The notes: generated by a model from the letters alone, not told the origin. A DNA stretch of 11,794 nt from Azolla caroliniana (GCA_043228905.1 JBHGNT010001128.1:1-11794), one strand, 5' to 3'; positions 1-10,258 are shown, numbered from the stretch's first letter. Made by a program: numbers and translations.

Positions 1-169
1 AATTATAGTTTAAAAATAAGCCATTTGGGAAATAGTCAGAATTTCTCAATGTAATGCCAAAAGTTCCCAAATGTTAGTGAAATTGTAACAAATCTACCAC
101 TCAAGCCGATACAATTTGAAGTCCAACACCATATGCCATACATTTTAAACTCAGGTATAAGTAATGTAC

Positions 170-1135
170 CTTCAAAATGCTTAGAACTCGGGAAACAGTC
201 TCTTTAACCAGTGATTTTTTCATGTCATTAGAGTACATCATCCGCAGTGTCTCAACATACATCTCAACATTATCACAATCGGAAATCTCGATGAGACGAG
301 GAACCTCCCCATTCTCGTTCAATCCCAAATCGTTGAACTTGGTCGCAAAAAACTTACTTTGGGTCGCTAGTATTTGGCTATGAACAAAGACAGCAAGACT
401 AGAGCTAGTTGTACCTTCTCGGCTTTTCAAAGTAAGTTTCACATCACAAGAGGAGGGGTCATTAAATCGAAATGTTCCAGTGCCCAGGCTCGAACCCAAA
501 GGTGGTTTGGAGTGCCTCTGGACATTAGATTTCGGAAGGGATCGTCCTTGGATCATCCCCTCGCGATCTTCGTATTGAGAAATCATGTCATATAATGTTG
601 ATGCCGCCTTTTTGTTATCAAACGTAGAAGTAACAATGTCATTCATCGCAAGGCCATCGCTAACAAATGAGGCAAAATTCGAGTACTTTGGTGGTGATTC
701 GGACACAATGGCTGGCCCAACCACCCCTCGATTTGTATGTTGGTCATCTGAAGGAGATAACATATCGGGAGGCTTTTTAATATCGAGGTTTGTCCTGCTG
801 ATGAATCCTTGCTTTATTAACGCCCCGACCTCGCCAGTCTTAAGGACATCTTTTCTGACACCTTTGTTTCCATCAGGACCAAGCTTTTTTAGCTTCTCCG
901 ATCTCGTGTTTGGGGTGCGACCTTCAGGATTCTTTTTTTCTTTTTGTTCTGAGGCTTTGCTTTTGTGATTTTTCTTCTCTAGTTCCTGCATCTGGGCCTT
1001 ACTCTGGTGTTTGCAAGGCACTCCGGTTGATGCTGTTTGATATGGCAGCACATTAATAGGCGAGGGCCTACTAATGCAACACCATGTTCCTAGCAATTTG
1101 GTTCGCACCAATGCCTCACGCTTATGCATATCCAT
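170..1135 (-). CDS. First coding exon (322 codons) of a plant BTB/POZ domain protein, At1g63850/At5g60050-like; gene continues beyond the left edge
   Basis: First in-frame ATG at 1135 (the ORF track starts at a TTG, 1180). Motifs recalled for this family: LIKQGFIS, STLYDMI, and BTB core FNDPSSCDVKLTL...VHSQILATQSKFF...IEISDCDNVEMYVETLRMMY...VSRVLSILK. Phase-0 donor AAG|GTACAT at 170/169; the translation loses family resemblance after it. Confidence 0.9.
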
Positions 1136-1606
1136 CAGAAAACTTCCCAACAATACGTTCAATAGATCAGAACAAATCAAGGAGCCATAATGTCCACCAA
1201 ATCAAGCACTTCTACAGACAGCTATATTATATAGAGAGCTGTGTATACATATATATTCTCTGTCCTCTGTTCTTACTACATCAATGGATCGCCTCCAGAT
1301 ATCGGGCAAAAATGTTGCCCAAAATACCAGAAAACTAAACCCACATATATGTAGAAGAAAAAGGCTATGTTTTTAGATACCCACATAAAAACCTAATGGA
1401 GATTATACACAAATCTGATAGAAATGGAATGATCCAACGCCAAAAACACAAAGGCAAAGGAAAACAAATTGTAGAAATGGAATGTAACAGAGTTTTGCAA
1501 TGAAATGAAAAGAAATTTCTGGAGTACAGCTAGGCTAGGCTAGCTCTGTAATGGGACATATTTCTCTTTCTCTTTTATCTAGGGTTTTGTTTTCTTTTGT
1601 CTTTGC

Positions 1607-1609
<3 letters not shown>

Positions 1610-1641
<32 letters not shown>
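1610..1641. repeat. (GATA)8 microsatellite
   Basis: Direct reading. Confidence 0.97.
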
Positions 1642-1643
<2 letters not shown>

Positions 1644-1790
1644 GGAAAAGGCAAACAGGAAATATGCTTAGAAAAAAGGTCCTCCCTTGTTGTCTGTTTT
1701 CTTTTGTGAAGAATAAATGTCAGCTACTGAGGGGTAGGGAGGGGTTGAGGAAACAAGTGGTAGTTGTTCCCCTTGTTATACATACATATA

Positions 1791-2159
1791 TCATGTACTC
1801 TGCTCCTCTGTTTTTCTTCGTCTTTTTTCTTTTTGCTTAGTAAAGCAGAGGAAGAGACTACATACATTATATCAATATGTATATGTAAATATGTACATAT
1901 GTCATGTACTCTGTTCCTCAGAGTATGTACATGATATATGTATATACATATATAAATAATGTACATATATCAGTATGTATATATATGTATGTCATGTACT
2001 CTGTTCCTCTGGTTTTCTTTTTTCTTTTTTCTTTTTTCTCTTTTGTTAGTAAAACAGAGGAAGAACAGAGTACATGATATATGCATATACATTATATAAA
2101 TAATGTATGTACTCTGTTCCTCTGTTTTGCTTTTTTCCTTTTCTTTTTGCTTAGTAAAG
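1791..2159. repeat. Array of fold-back units sharing core ATGTACTCTG(T/C)TC, separated by TA-rich spacers
   Basis: Core recurs near 1791, 1902, 1992 and 2107; inverted copy GAACAGAGTACATGA (2063-2077) is the perfect 15-bp complement of 1992-2006. Three units continue into a T-rich tract ending TTTTG(C)TTAGTAAA. Confidence 0.85.
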
Positions 2160-2192
2160 TGTTAGTTGGAACTTGCCAGAGAAGAGGAGGAC

Positions 2193-2218
2193 CTCTCTCT
2201 CTCTCTCTCTCTCTCTCT
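2193..2218. repeat. (CT)13 microsatellite
   Basis: Direct reading. Confidence 0.97.
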
Positions 2219-2233
2219 TTTATTATCGTATCT

Positions 2234-2287
2234 TACCCTAGTGGTAAGTTGTCAGCACTACAAGCACTGCGTTGTGGGTTTGAAAGC
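2234..2287 (+). mobile_element. Degenerate tRNA-like Pol III head (SINE head or tRNA pseudogene) between two (CT)n tracts
   Basis: A box TACCCTAGTGG (2234-2244; 10/11), B box GGTTTGAAAGC (2277-2287; 9/11, TTG compatible with CpG decay of TCG), 32-nt spacer. Confidence 0.42.
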
Positions 2288-2299
2288 CAACTTCCTCAC

Positions 2300-2315
2300 C
2301 TCTCTCTCTCTCTCT
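2300..2315. repeat. (CT)8 microsatellite
   Basis: Direct reading. Confidence 0.93.
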
Positions 2316-3949
2316 TCCCTTCCAGCGTATCGCTCATAGGTCATATTTGATCTCCGAAGACGATAATACAATCTATCTATCTCCCTTATATCGAATGCAT
2401 TCGGAGCTTTTTCCAGTTGGGCACGACCGGTTTCGATTACATGCTAGACTTGATAGGTGGATCACCCACCTTCTCAATTATTGTTTAAGTTGTTTGCCTT
2501 CTATTCCATATGTTGCAACGTTGTGGCGGGGGCCATTGGCGCTCCTTGTGTTTACCATCCATAAACGATAGAGAGAAAGTGATGTGTGTCGCACAAAGCC
2601 CTTCTCACTTGTCACTGGCTTCTAGTGGCCTACAAGGACTAATGCTCTTTATTGGGCATTATCATGTGCAGAAGCATTGAATGATTGTCACATGGATCCA
2701 TGTGCCTAAGTGATACATGATACATATACCACATGGGGTGATTGGTAAACAATCAAGTTATGGCATTGGCCATGAGTTTACAACTCAGTAGTAAAGTGCA
2801 TCCTATTTTTGCATTGTGGCGACATGCCGTTTGTTCTCCCGTATAATTTAGAAGGTACAAATTAGGATACAAAGTCACAATAGCAGTGATATAGTGATGG
2901 TGCATTTATGTTTTGGTCTCTCTTAAAAGCCATGTTTGTAATGCAGTGCCATCATATGTGGTATGCTCACTTAGATCATCAAAAGACACGTGTAAGGTAC
3001 GAAGGGATGATAGTGTATACACAAACTCCGCATGCAAACATGCAAATAATGTTCACTCTCACTCCTCGTACCATAACAAAGCCGTGTAAACATCCTAACA
3101 TGTAATAATATTGTGGTGTGTCATATCATCCATCCATTCATACATACACACACTTTAGGATAATAGAAAAGTGGCCAATAAAGAAAGAAAGCATATGCAA
3201 TGATTCTCTAGTTTTTCATCGATCAAAAAAGGAAAAATACACAGAAAAGTGTGACTTGTGTTTGTATTCTTTCATGGTTTTTCTCATTTTGTTTTCTCCG
3301 TGTATTCAAAGGAAGAGGGAAAATCCTTGATGGAAGGTTTTTCCTTGTGAAGAAAAAGGAGAAGGAACCTTTCTTCTTTCTCCCGGGGTAAGAATCAAAG
3401 GGTCTTGACATTATTATTCTCCTTCAAGCTTTTTCCATGGAAGCTTCTTATTTGTTTCCTATGGATAAAGAAATGGAAAATCTCCCTTTGTTTTTGCTTT
3501 TCCCCACTGTGAACTCTTTCTTTCCTTGTTTCTAGATGTATGAACTTGTAAGAACAACAATAGGAATTGACCCAATGATGTCGATGCACTATGTGAAAGG
3601 ATTGCCACTATCATTTCAAAGCATTCGCCTCGTATATAAGGTTGCACATATTAACTCACATGAAACATATACAATCTTATAAGAAGTCATCGTCGATGAA
3701 CTTATTGGTGCATTGTGTCATGTAATTGCCTCTTATTGCCATGCCCACTTTCTCAACGTAGCACAAAAGTGTTACATAATAACGTTCTTGTTTGTTAACG
3801 AGTAGACACAAAATTGTCATTCATTTGATAGAGATAAACGATAACTTCCCTTATTTCCCAATGTAGTGCTAAAACATTACATATATTGCCCTCATTGTGG
3901 TGCACTAACACAAATGGTATGTTTTACCAACTCCGGATCATTTAGCCTT

Positions 3950-4003
3950 TGGTTGAGTGGCGAAACATGTGGTTTACAACATCAGGGTCACTGGTTCAAA
4001 AGC
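3950..4003 (+). mobile_element. Degenerate tRNA-like Pol III head (SINE head or tRNA pseudogene)
   Basis: A box TGGTTGAGTGG (3950-3960; 10/11 to TRGCNNARYGG), B box GGTTCAAAAGC (3993-4003; 10/11 to GGTTCRANNCC), 32-nt spacer as in a standard tRNA. No intact cloverleaf seen. Confidence 0.5.
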
Positions 4004-4104
4004 AATAAAGATATTACAATGTTGATAGAAGAACGAAAAGAGCATGTTAAGAAAGCTACTTGATAGATTTTAGTGTCACCTCGATGTCACTTATCAAGTT
4101 CATG

Positions 4105-4106
<2 letters not shown>

Positions 4107-4138
<32 letters not shown>
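4107..4138. repeat. (GT)16 microsatellite
   Basis: Direct reading. Confidence 0.97.
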
Positions 4139-4141
<3 letters not shown>

Positions 4142-5904
4142 TGGTAAGTGACACTCAATGTTCAATCAGTTTGCTAATGTATGTAGGTATATGCGAGGGT
4201 TGAAAAGGTGGGGATTAGAGTTGGAGCTGAGGGATAGAAGTGTGATGCTCAAACTCACAAACTAAGTCATATGGAAGCATTGGTGGGGATGGCTAACAAG
4301 AGGATAGGATAGAGTTCTAATTTACAATAATGGAGTTATGATTTTAGAGAGGGAGAGGGAGACGTGATTTAGAGAGCTAGTCGAATTGAGAATAGAGAGG
4401 GCGACAAATGTTTTTAATTTCAGCTTGGTAGTTTTGATATTGTCCTTAGTAGGAGGGGTGTTATTTATATTTTAACAACATTGTTGTACATCTCTAAAGG
4501 TGGATTGCCAACAATGCCTCACCTATGTATCTTATATATAGAAATCTCATTACATCTCTCAGTGTAATAAAATGCAACTTGTCTTTTTTACCAACGAAAA
4601 CGGAAGTAAATTACAACCGCTACTCCCTCATTATGGTCTCTCATTGAACTCTTGCACTGAATATCACAATTGTTGCCCTCATTACACCTTATCATTGAAC
4701 TTTTTTATTGAATGCCACAATTTGCCACAACTCCCCCACAATTATTCTTGGATTTATCATATAGAATCATCTAGCATTAACATATCATATGGCAATAGGC
4801 ATTATGTTATTTTATCATTAGCCATTGCATTTACTGCCTTATTGTCACCAATTTTGAACATTATTTCTTGCATTCTCTTCTAACAATAATTTTGTAGTTT
4901 TGACCTTTTTATGTTTTCTATCAATTCTCTGTCCCAACCATGTGCACTTGCTTACATTTGCTTGCATGCTACATTTAGTTGTCTTAGTTACTTTTGTGAG
5001 AGTACATATAAAATATAGGGTTGACAATATGTCAATATCTTCTTACCAAAGTGATTATGTGCCCACAATGGATTCATAATTTCTAAGTGTGAAAGTAAGG
5101 CAAACTATGAAGTCCATGCATGATTGAGTCAATGTATCATCAAATGGTTTGAGTGTAGAGTCAAGACATAAACATCAACACGACATGAACTTCACAACAT
5201 GTATACAAACCCTTATCAAACTTTATAAGCCGATGCATATGTTTTTTTTTTACAATTTCCACACCATTGCCTCCCAAAGACCACATTCACACTTACTAAC
5301 AATGCCAATGTGATATTTTTCGTAGAGGATGAATGTAATAGATATAGAATATGGCTTCTACTAAAATACAAAAGTGTGCACTAGTTTGTAGGTTTGTTCA
5401 CATGGGTGGTGGGGCTTCTTGGCCATCACTTCCAATTCAACCATTTTGTCATTCAAACCCAAAAGATATTGCCATGTTGATGAGACTTTGATCACACTAA
5501 TTTTAAAGCTCCCAATTGAAACAAAATGCAACTGCATGGTCCACACTTAACGTGTTGGGTTTGATATGGTGTTAAAAATTCATGTTTTTAGACTGAGATC
5601 ATGCACACTTGTTGCTAAGAAAGTATTCGTTAGAATGATAACAATTATTTGTAGTAATGGCTAGTAATAAAAGTTGCAATTGAAAGAAGAATGTCGTCAA
5701 TATGCCAACTTTGCCAGTATTGAAAAACATATGTAGACAACCAATAGTTTATCGACAACTTCATTAATTATTTAAACATAAAGGTTAGCCTTGATAAAGC
5801 TAAAAACAATACAAAAGTTGGTTGGGTTGTACGCCAATGGAAGAAACGTCACTCCTTTTACCTTTTTTAATGTAGAAAGTTGTTTTGACCACCATTACCA
5901 TGGT

Positions 5905-5906
<2 letters not shown>

Positions 5907-5938
<32 letters not shown>
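5907..5938. repeat. (TG)16 microsatellite
   Basis: Direct reading. Confidence 0.97.
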
Positions 5939-5942
<4 letters not shown>

Positions 5943-7806
5943 GTAGGAAGAGTCTTGTCTCTATACCTATATTTTATAATAAAAACTAGTGTATTTTTTA
6001 CCATGGGTATCTAGTGATATTTTCTCGAACTATAAGGGATAGCCACTTTTGGTATTTCCCGTAATATGAAGAAGGGATATAAGTGAAAGTTTGTTGGTCA
6101 TTACGTCATGTGAAAGTTTTCCTATCAATATTGCATGATTACATTGGGTTATGACGAGTGAAATCTGTTCATTCGATTGGTTGATTAGAAAGTCCTCAAA
6201 AATAATAAAGAGGTTCATATTTGATGTACATGGTCTAATTAGTCACGTCAAGTTGAGAACAGATTGATGGATCACAATGTCTTTATCGATTGTGTTCGAT
6301 AGTGACATTTGATCATCGGGAGCTAAAGATCGCTTGAGAGAAGCACTTTTACTATCAACCTTAACTCAAGGCAAAATTAAAGGTCCTCACTTCCAAAATT
6401 ATTACATATTTCTATTTCTAATGTGATATAACATACTTAGAACTCTGTAAACAACTAGTTATTTGTATATCACCTCGATGTGGTATAGGGTTTGGCTGCC
6501 ATTTTCTTAGTATTCAACTATTCAATCACAATACCACATAGCAAATAAATGAAATTCAAAATGCACAATATGGTCATATTGATTTTATCGGTTATAGCCA
6601 AGGAATAAGAATAAGTGACGATTTACATATCCAAATGTGCATGTTTTGAGTTATACATTTCATGAAAACAGTACGATTTGATATCATCCTTTATGTAGAT
6701 GACAATATCATCAACGCTAAAAGGAAGAAATGACATTTGCTCGTCACTGTTTAAAACAAGAGTTAAGAATTTGCAAATAGTAACGTGTCATGTATACAGT
6801 ATGATCTAATATAATATTCAACCCAACATCAGAAATATCACTGTGTTACCATATGTGGTCTATTTCTTACTCTAAATTATCCTCACATTATCTGTAGTAC
6901 ATGTAATGGCATGTGCTCCACACATAACACTTAGAACCATAGTATCAAATATAGGAATTATATTTCTAATACAAATGTGAGCCAAAATTAATAGGAATTT
7001 TTCAACACGTAGTTTCCAAATCAACTTGTCTTCCAAGAATTTCTTCTTTCACTTGTCGCATTAAATTGTGACGTCTTCTTGGATATTTCTCAATTTTTCT
7101 TATTTATCTTAGCTCTATCACATTCCCTCATTGTAACCTCTCATACTTTAGTTTTAAGAATCTTCTCATAAGCTTCTTATAAACTTTTACCTTGTCCAAA
7201 ATTGAATCCTTAACACAATAATTTCAACTTGCTTACTCATATTTTATGACGTTGTAATAACCATGTGTTCTTTGCATTGTCGAACAACAAATCAATGTGA
7301 TATGTTGTTTTCACCCTTTTTGTCGTGGAAAGTGAGTTCATTACCTCCTCTAAAGTAATGTTATATTGATTCCCACCATTTAGTTGGCGGAAAGTGAATT
7401 TACAAAAGAGAAAAGTGTTTGTAAATTGTTGTGTAGTGGCTTGAAGTAAAAAAATATGAATGCTTTTTCAATGTGGATAATATTAGACCTATTAAATTGA
7501 CATGAACCTAGGCATTTAAGTAAAACATCCCCATCAATATGGGCCTACTACACGCACATCCCACTTTAGTAACCATTGTGTATGCACTAGAATATGACGC
7601 ATAATCTCCTCCCAGACATCCATATATTGCCTCAGCCCTCCCCTTTAGACACGTAGCTACATCCATAGAGACACCCTACATGTCCCTAGGGGATCCAAGG
7701 CCAAAATTTGACCCCTTCAATTCCTAGATACATGTCACTACATGTGTACAATGTGCCACTGTCATATGCCCAATCTATCCACATCCTATAATGTAGTAAT
7801 ATATAG

Positions 7807-7982
7807 GGGAAAACACTAGAAAATACCTTTAATTGTCGGGTATTTAAAGAATACCGACAGGGCTTCAAACACCTGTTATAAGTTTGAGGCACATTGAGTT
7901 TACAAAATAATTTGAATATTTCTTTGAACTAGAAACCAAAGTGGTATTTCCAATCATTTTGGGGTACTTCTGGTGTTTTCCC
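7807..7982. mobile_element. Mutator-like MITE, 176 bp
   Basis: Left end GGGAAAACACTAGAAAATACC; right end reverse-complemented GGGAAAACACCAGAAGTACC (14/15 identical terminal nt). Flanks AATATATAG (7798-7806) and AATCTATAA (7983-7991) match 7/9, consistent with a decayed 9-bp TSD. Confidence 0.75.
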
Positions 7983-10074
7983 AATCTATAACCATTGAGG
8001 GGATAGTATATGGAAGCCAATATTTCTCAATGATAGATAATCATGTATCCATCCTATAGAAGACAACACCCAAGCCAGATGTGTTCACATTGAGGGGACA
8101 AAGTGATGATATGACTCTATGAGGATTGGAATTTACCAATCAAGAACAAAGAGGAAGATTTAATGCGATCAATGAATTGAGAGGATATTCAACAAAACAT
8201 TACGTGCAAATTTAGTGACAATTAGTAGAAATTGAGTATCTAGTGTGAATGGATGGGGCCGGGCCTATAATGATTGATTATAACTACTTCACAATAATCT
8301 CGTTGAAAGTATCATTGCTTTAACCATACATGAGGTTTAGCTTTCATGAAGTATATTTGTAGCCTGCAAACATTAACACTCATTTTTTGCAGAAATGCCA
8401 CCTTCTGTATTTTTCAAAATATTGCCTTCTGTCCATAGATAAAAAAAAGTGGTTATTCCCAATATGTTAAAAATCACTTGTCCATTAGGAGGGGGTTCAT
8501 TATCACAATTCTAATTATCGTTATCATTATGACTAGAGCTTATTGCTATAATTAATAGTATGGTTAATGTTAATAATAGTAATTTGTATATTGATTAGCA
8601 ATATATGTAATGAACACTATGAATAGTATTACTTGTAGTCATTAACGATCTTATTTGTGTGCTAATTATCATTGTCGCTAGTTGTTAATTGACAATTCTC
8701 ACAATGCTAATTTCTAATCACTCTAATTATTAACACAAATCATTGGGCTACTTACATGATAAATCACATAAATTACAACCCTAATATCTAGGATGATTGA
8801 TCCCTTGTCCATCCTTCCAAGTATAGAAGTAAAAGAATAAAATATTAGCTCAATAAGTAACATGTGTGAGGTGGGTTTGAAGTTAGTACATACCATATTC
8901 TACAGTGGTGTGGCTTCCCACATATAAAGAGAGAACCACATGTTCAACTATCATCACTTGTTCAATCATCAAACAATTAAAAAATTCTTAATAGAAAGAG
9001 TTGGATCCTCCCACATATCACCTAGTTGGAAAGATCTTGTAGCCGCAGGCATGCTCGTAGCACAAGAACACCGAAACAAAGATATACAACTATACAAATG
9101 CTAGGAAGCAAGACAACAACTCCTCAAATTAGACTCTAATTTCTAAACGATACTAGGTAGTTGCCTTCCTCAACACTTAGAATACAAACAATTCTCATGA
9201 GATATTTATTGAGGTAAATGATAGAAAAAAGCATTCACTCGTTATTTCGAAAAATGTTTTGCAAACAATCAAGGAGCTCTTGCATGGTTAGCCAAACTTG
9301 AAAGAGGTCATAGAAAGAATGAAAATTGTCATGTGACATGGGAACAATGGTTTAGATGGATTAGAGTTTCCTTCTTACATTCAAATTGAAGTTCTTATAT
9401 TAATTTCTCTTTCACAATGCTAGATAAGGACATTGATCCACATAGTGAAGAGATTGGGCATACCATGAAGCTATCACATGATTTAAAGAACCAATGATGG
9501 CTAAGGGTCAACTTGTCATATCCTTATAGGGGTTCATAATAAAGATGTTGCATGCAATGATACACAAGCTTGAAGTGATTTAAACTCTAGACTTCTAAAG
9601 ATGGTAGTTTTTTAACAATTTTTAAGAATCTTCCATCAAGTCTTCACCTTCCACAACTAGTGAAGATAATCCTAAGCAATAGACACTACAGAATCTATTG
9701 TGTGTGTACAAAAAACACCTTGTACTTACTCTAGTGACAGAAACCAAAACCATGTTAATTTTGCCAACGCATACATTTCTTTATTTTCTAGACGGTAGTA
9801 AATGTGGAACCATTGAGCTTTCCCTTGCAAAGAAGATGTGTGTCATAGTAAGGAATGTCCAAACAAGTTTGCACTTCATATGCAAAACAAGCTTACAATC
9901 ATCAGTGAAGATAAAACCCAAAGACATTTAATGTTCAAAACCTTAAAACGTAGAAAAATCACGAGGAATGAACACTAGTGAAGATGAAACGACATATATA
10001 TACATGGTATGAAACCCTAAAACATGGTATGAAACTCGCAGCTGCCCAAGCATCTTAACCATGGATCTATTGAC

Positions 10075-10090
10075 AAAAAAAAAAAAAAAA
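10075..10090. repeat. A16 homopolymer
   Basis: Direct reading. Confidence 0.95.
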
Positions 10091-10252
10091 GCAAACTAGC
10101 TTTACAGCAACAAACAAGAACAATAACACTTGCAAACCCATTGGCCATAGCATTTGCAAAACCCTAACATGCCATCACCACCACGGGAAATACTAAAGCT
10201 TAGTTCCTAAAATACTGGAGGTGATTCAATTTAATAATAAATAAATAAATTT

Positions 10253-10258
10253 TTTATT
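10253..10258 (-). promoter_or_regulatory. Candidate polyadenylation near-upstream element (AATAAA) of the lipase gene
   Basis: AATAAA on the minus strand about 130 nt after the TGA, followed by U-rich sequence; the region is AT-rich so this may be chance. Confidence 0.4.

Noticed and set aside
101-169. C-terminal tail VHYLYL...IVSA of the 359-aa ORF
   Set aside because: Read-through into the intron after the AAG|GT donor.
1136-1180. N-terminal 15 residues of the 359-aa ORF
   Set aside because: Starts at TTG; a eukaryotic gene most likely uses the ATG at 1135.
177-1338. Plus-strand ORFs overlapping the BTB exon
   Set aside because: Antisense shadow ORFs with no recognisable motifs.
1731-1750. 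G-rich run GGGGTAGGGAGGGGTTGAGG as a G-quadruplex
   Set aside because: Only three tracts of 3 or more G; the fourth is GG.
1791-2159. CRISPR-like reading of the spaced repeats
   Set aside because: Eukaryotic context, no cas genes, irregular low-complexity spacers that resemble each other, and repeats in both orientations.
3950-4025. Functional tRNA gene
   Set aside because: Acceptor, anticodon and T stems do not pair properly; only the boxes remain.
4076-4087. 12-mer TCACCTCGATGT also present at 6470-6481
   Set aside because: A few 12-mer matches are expected by chance in 12 kb, and the flanks do not align.
1724-5027. Short 60-103 aa ORFs in the intergenic region
   Set aside because: Low-complexity or repeat-derived, often non-ATG starts, no domain signatures.
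8380-8460. Possible further GGGAA-type MITE end (GTGGTTATTCCC)
   Set aside because: No convincing partner TIR or TSD.
9000-9650. Possible LINE or retroelement remnant
   Set aside because: No RT, endonuclease or RNase H motif recognised by hand; needs a translated search.
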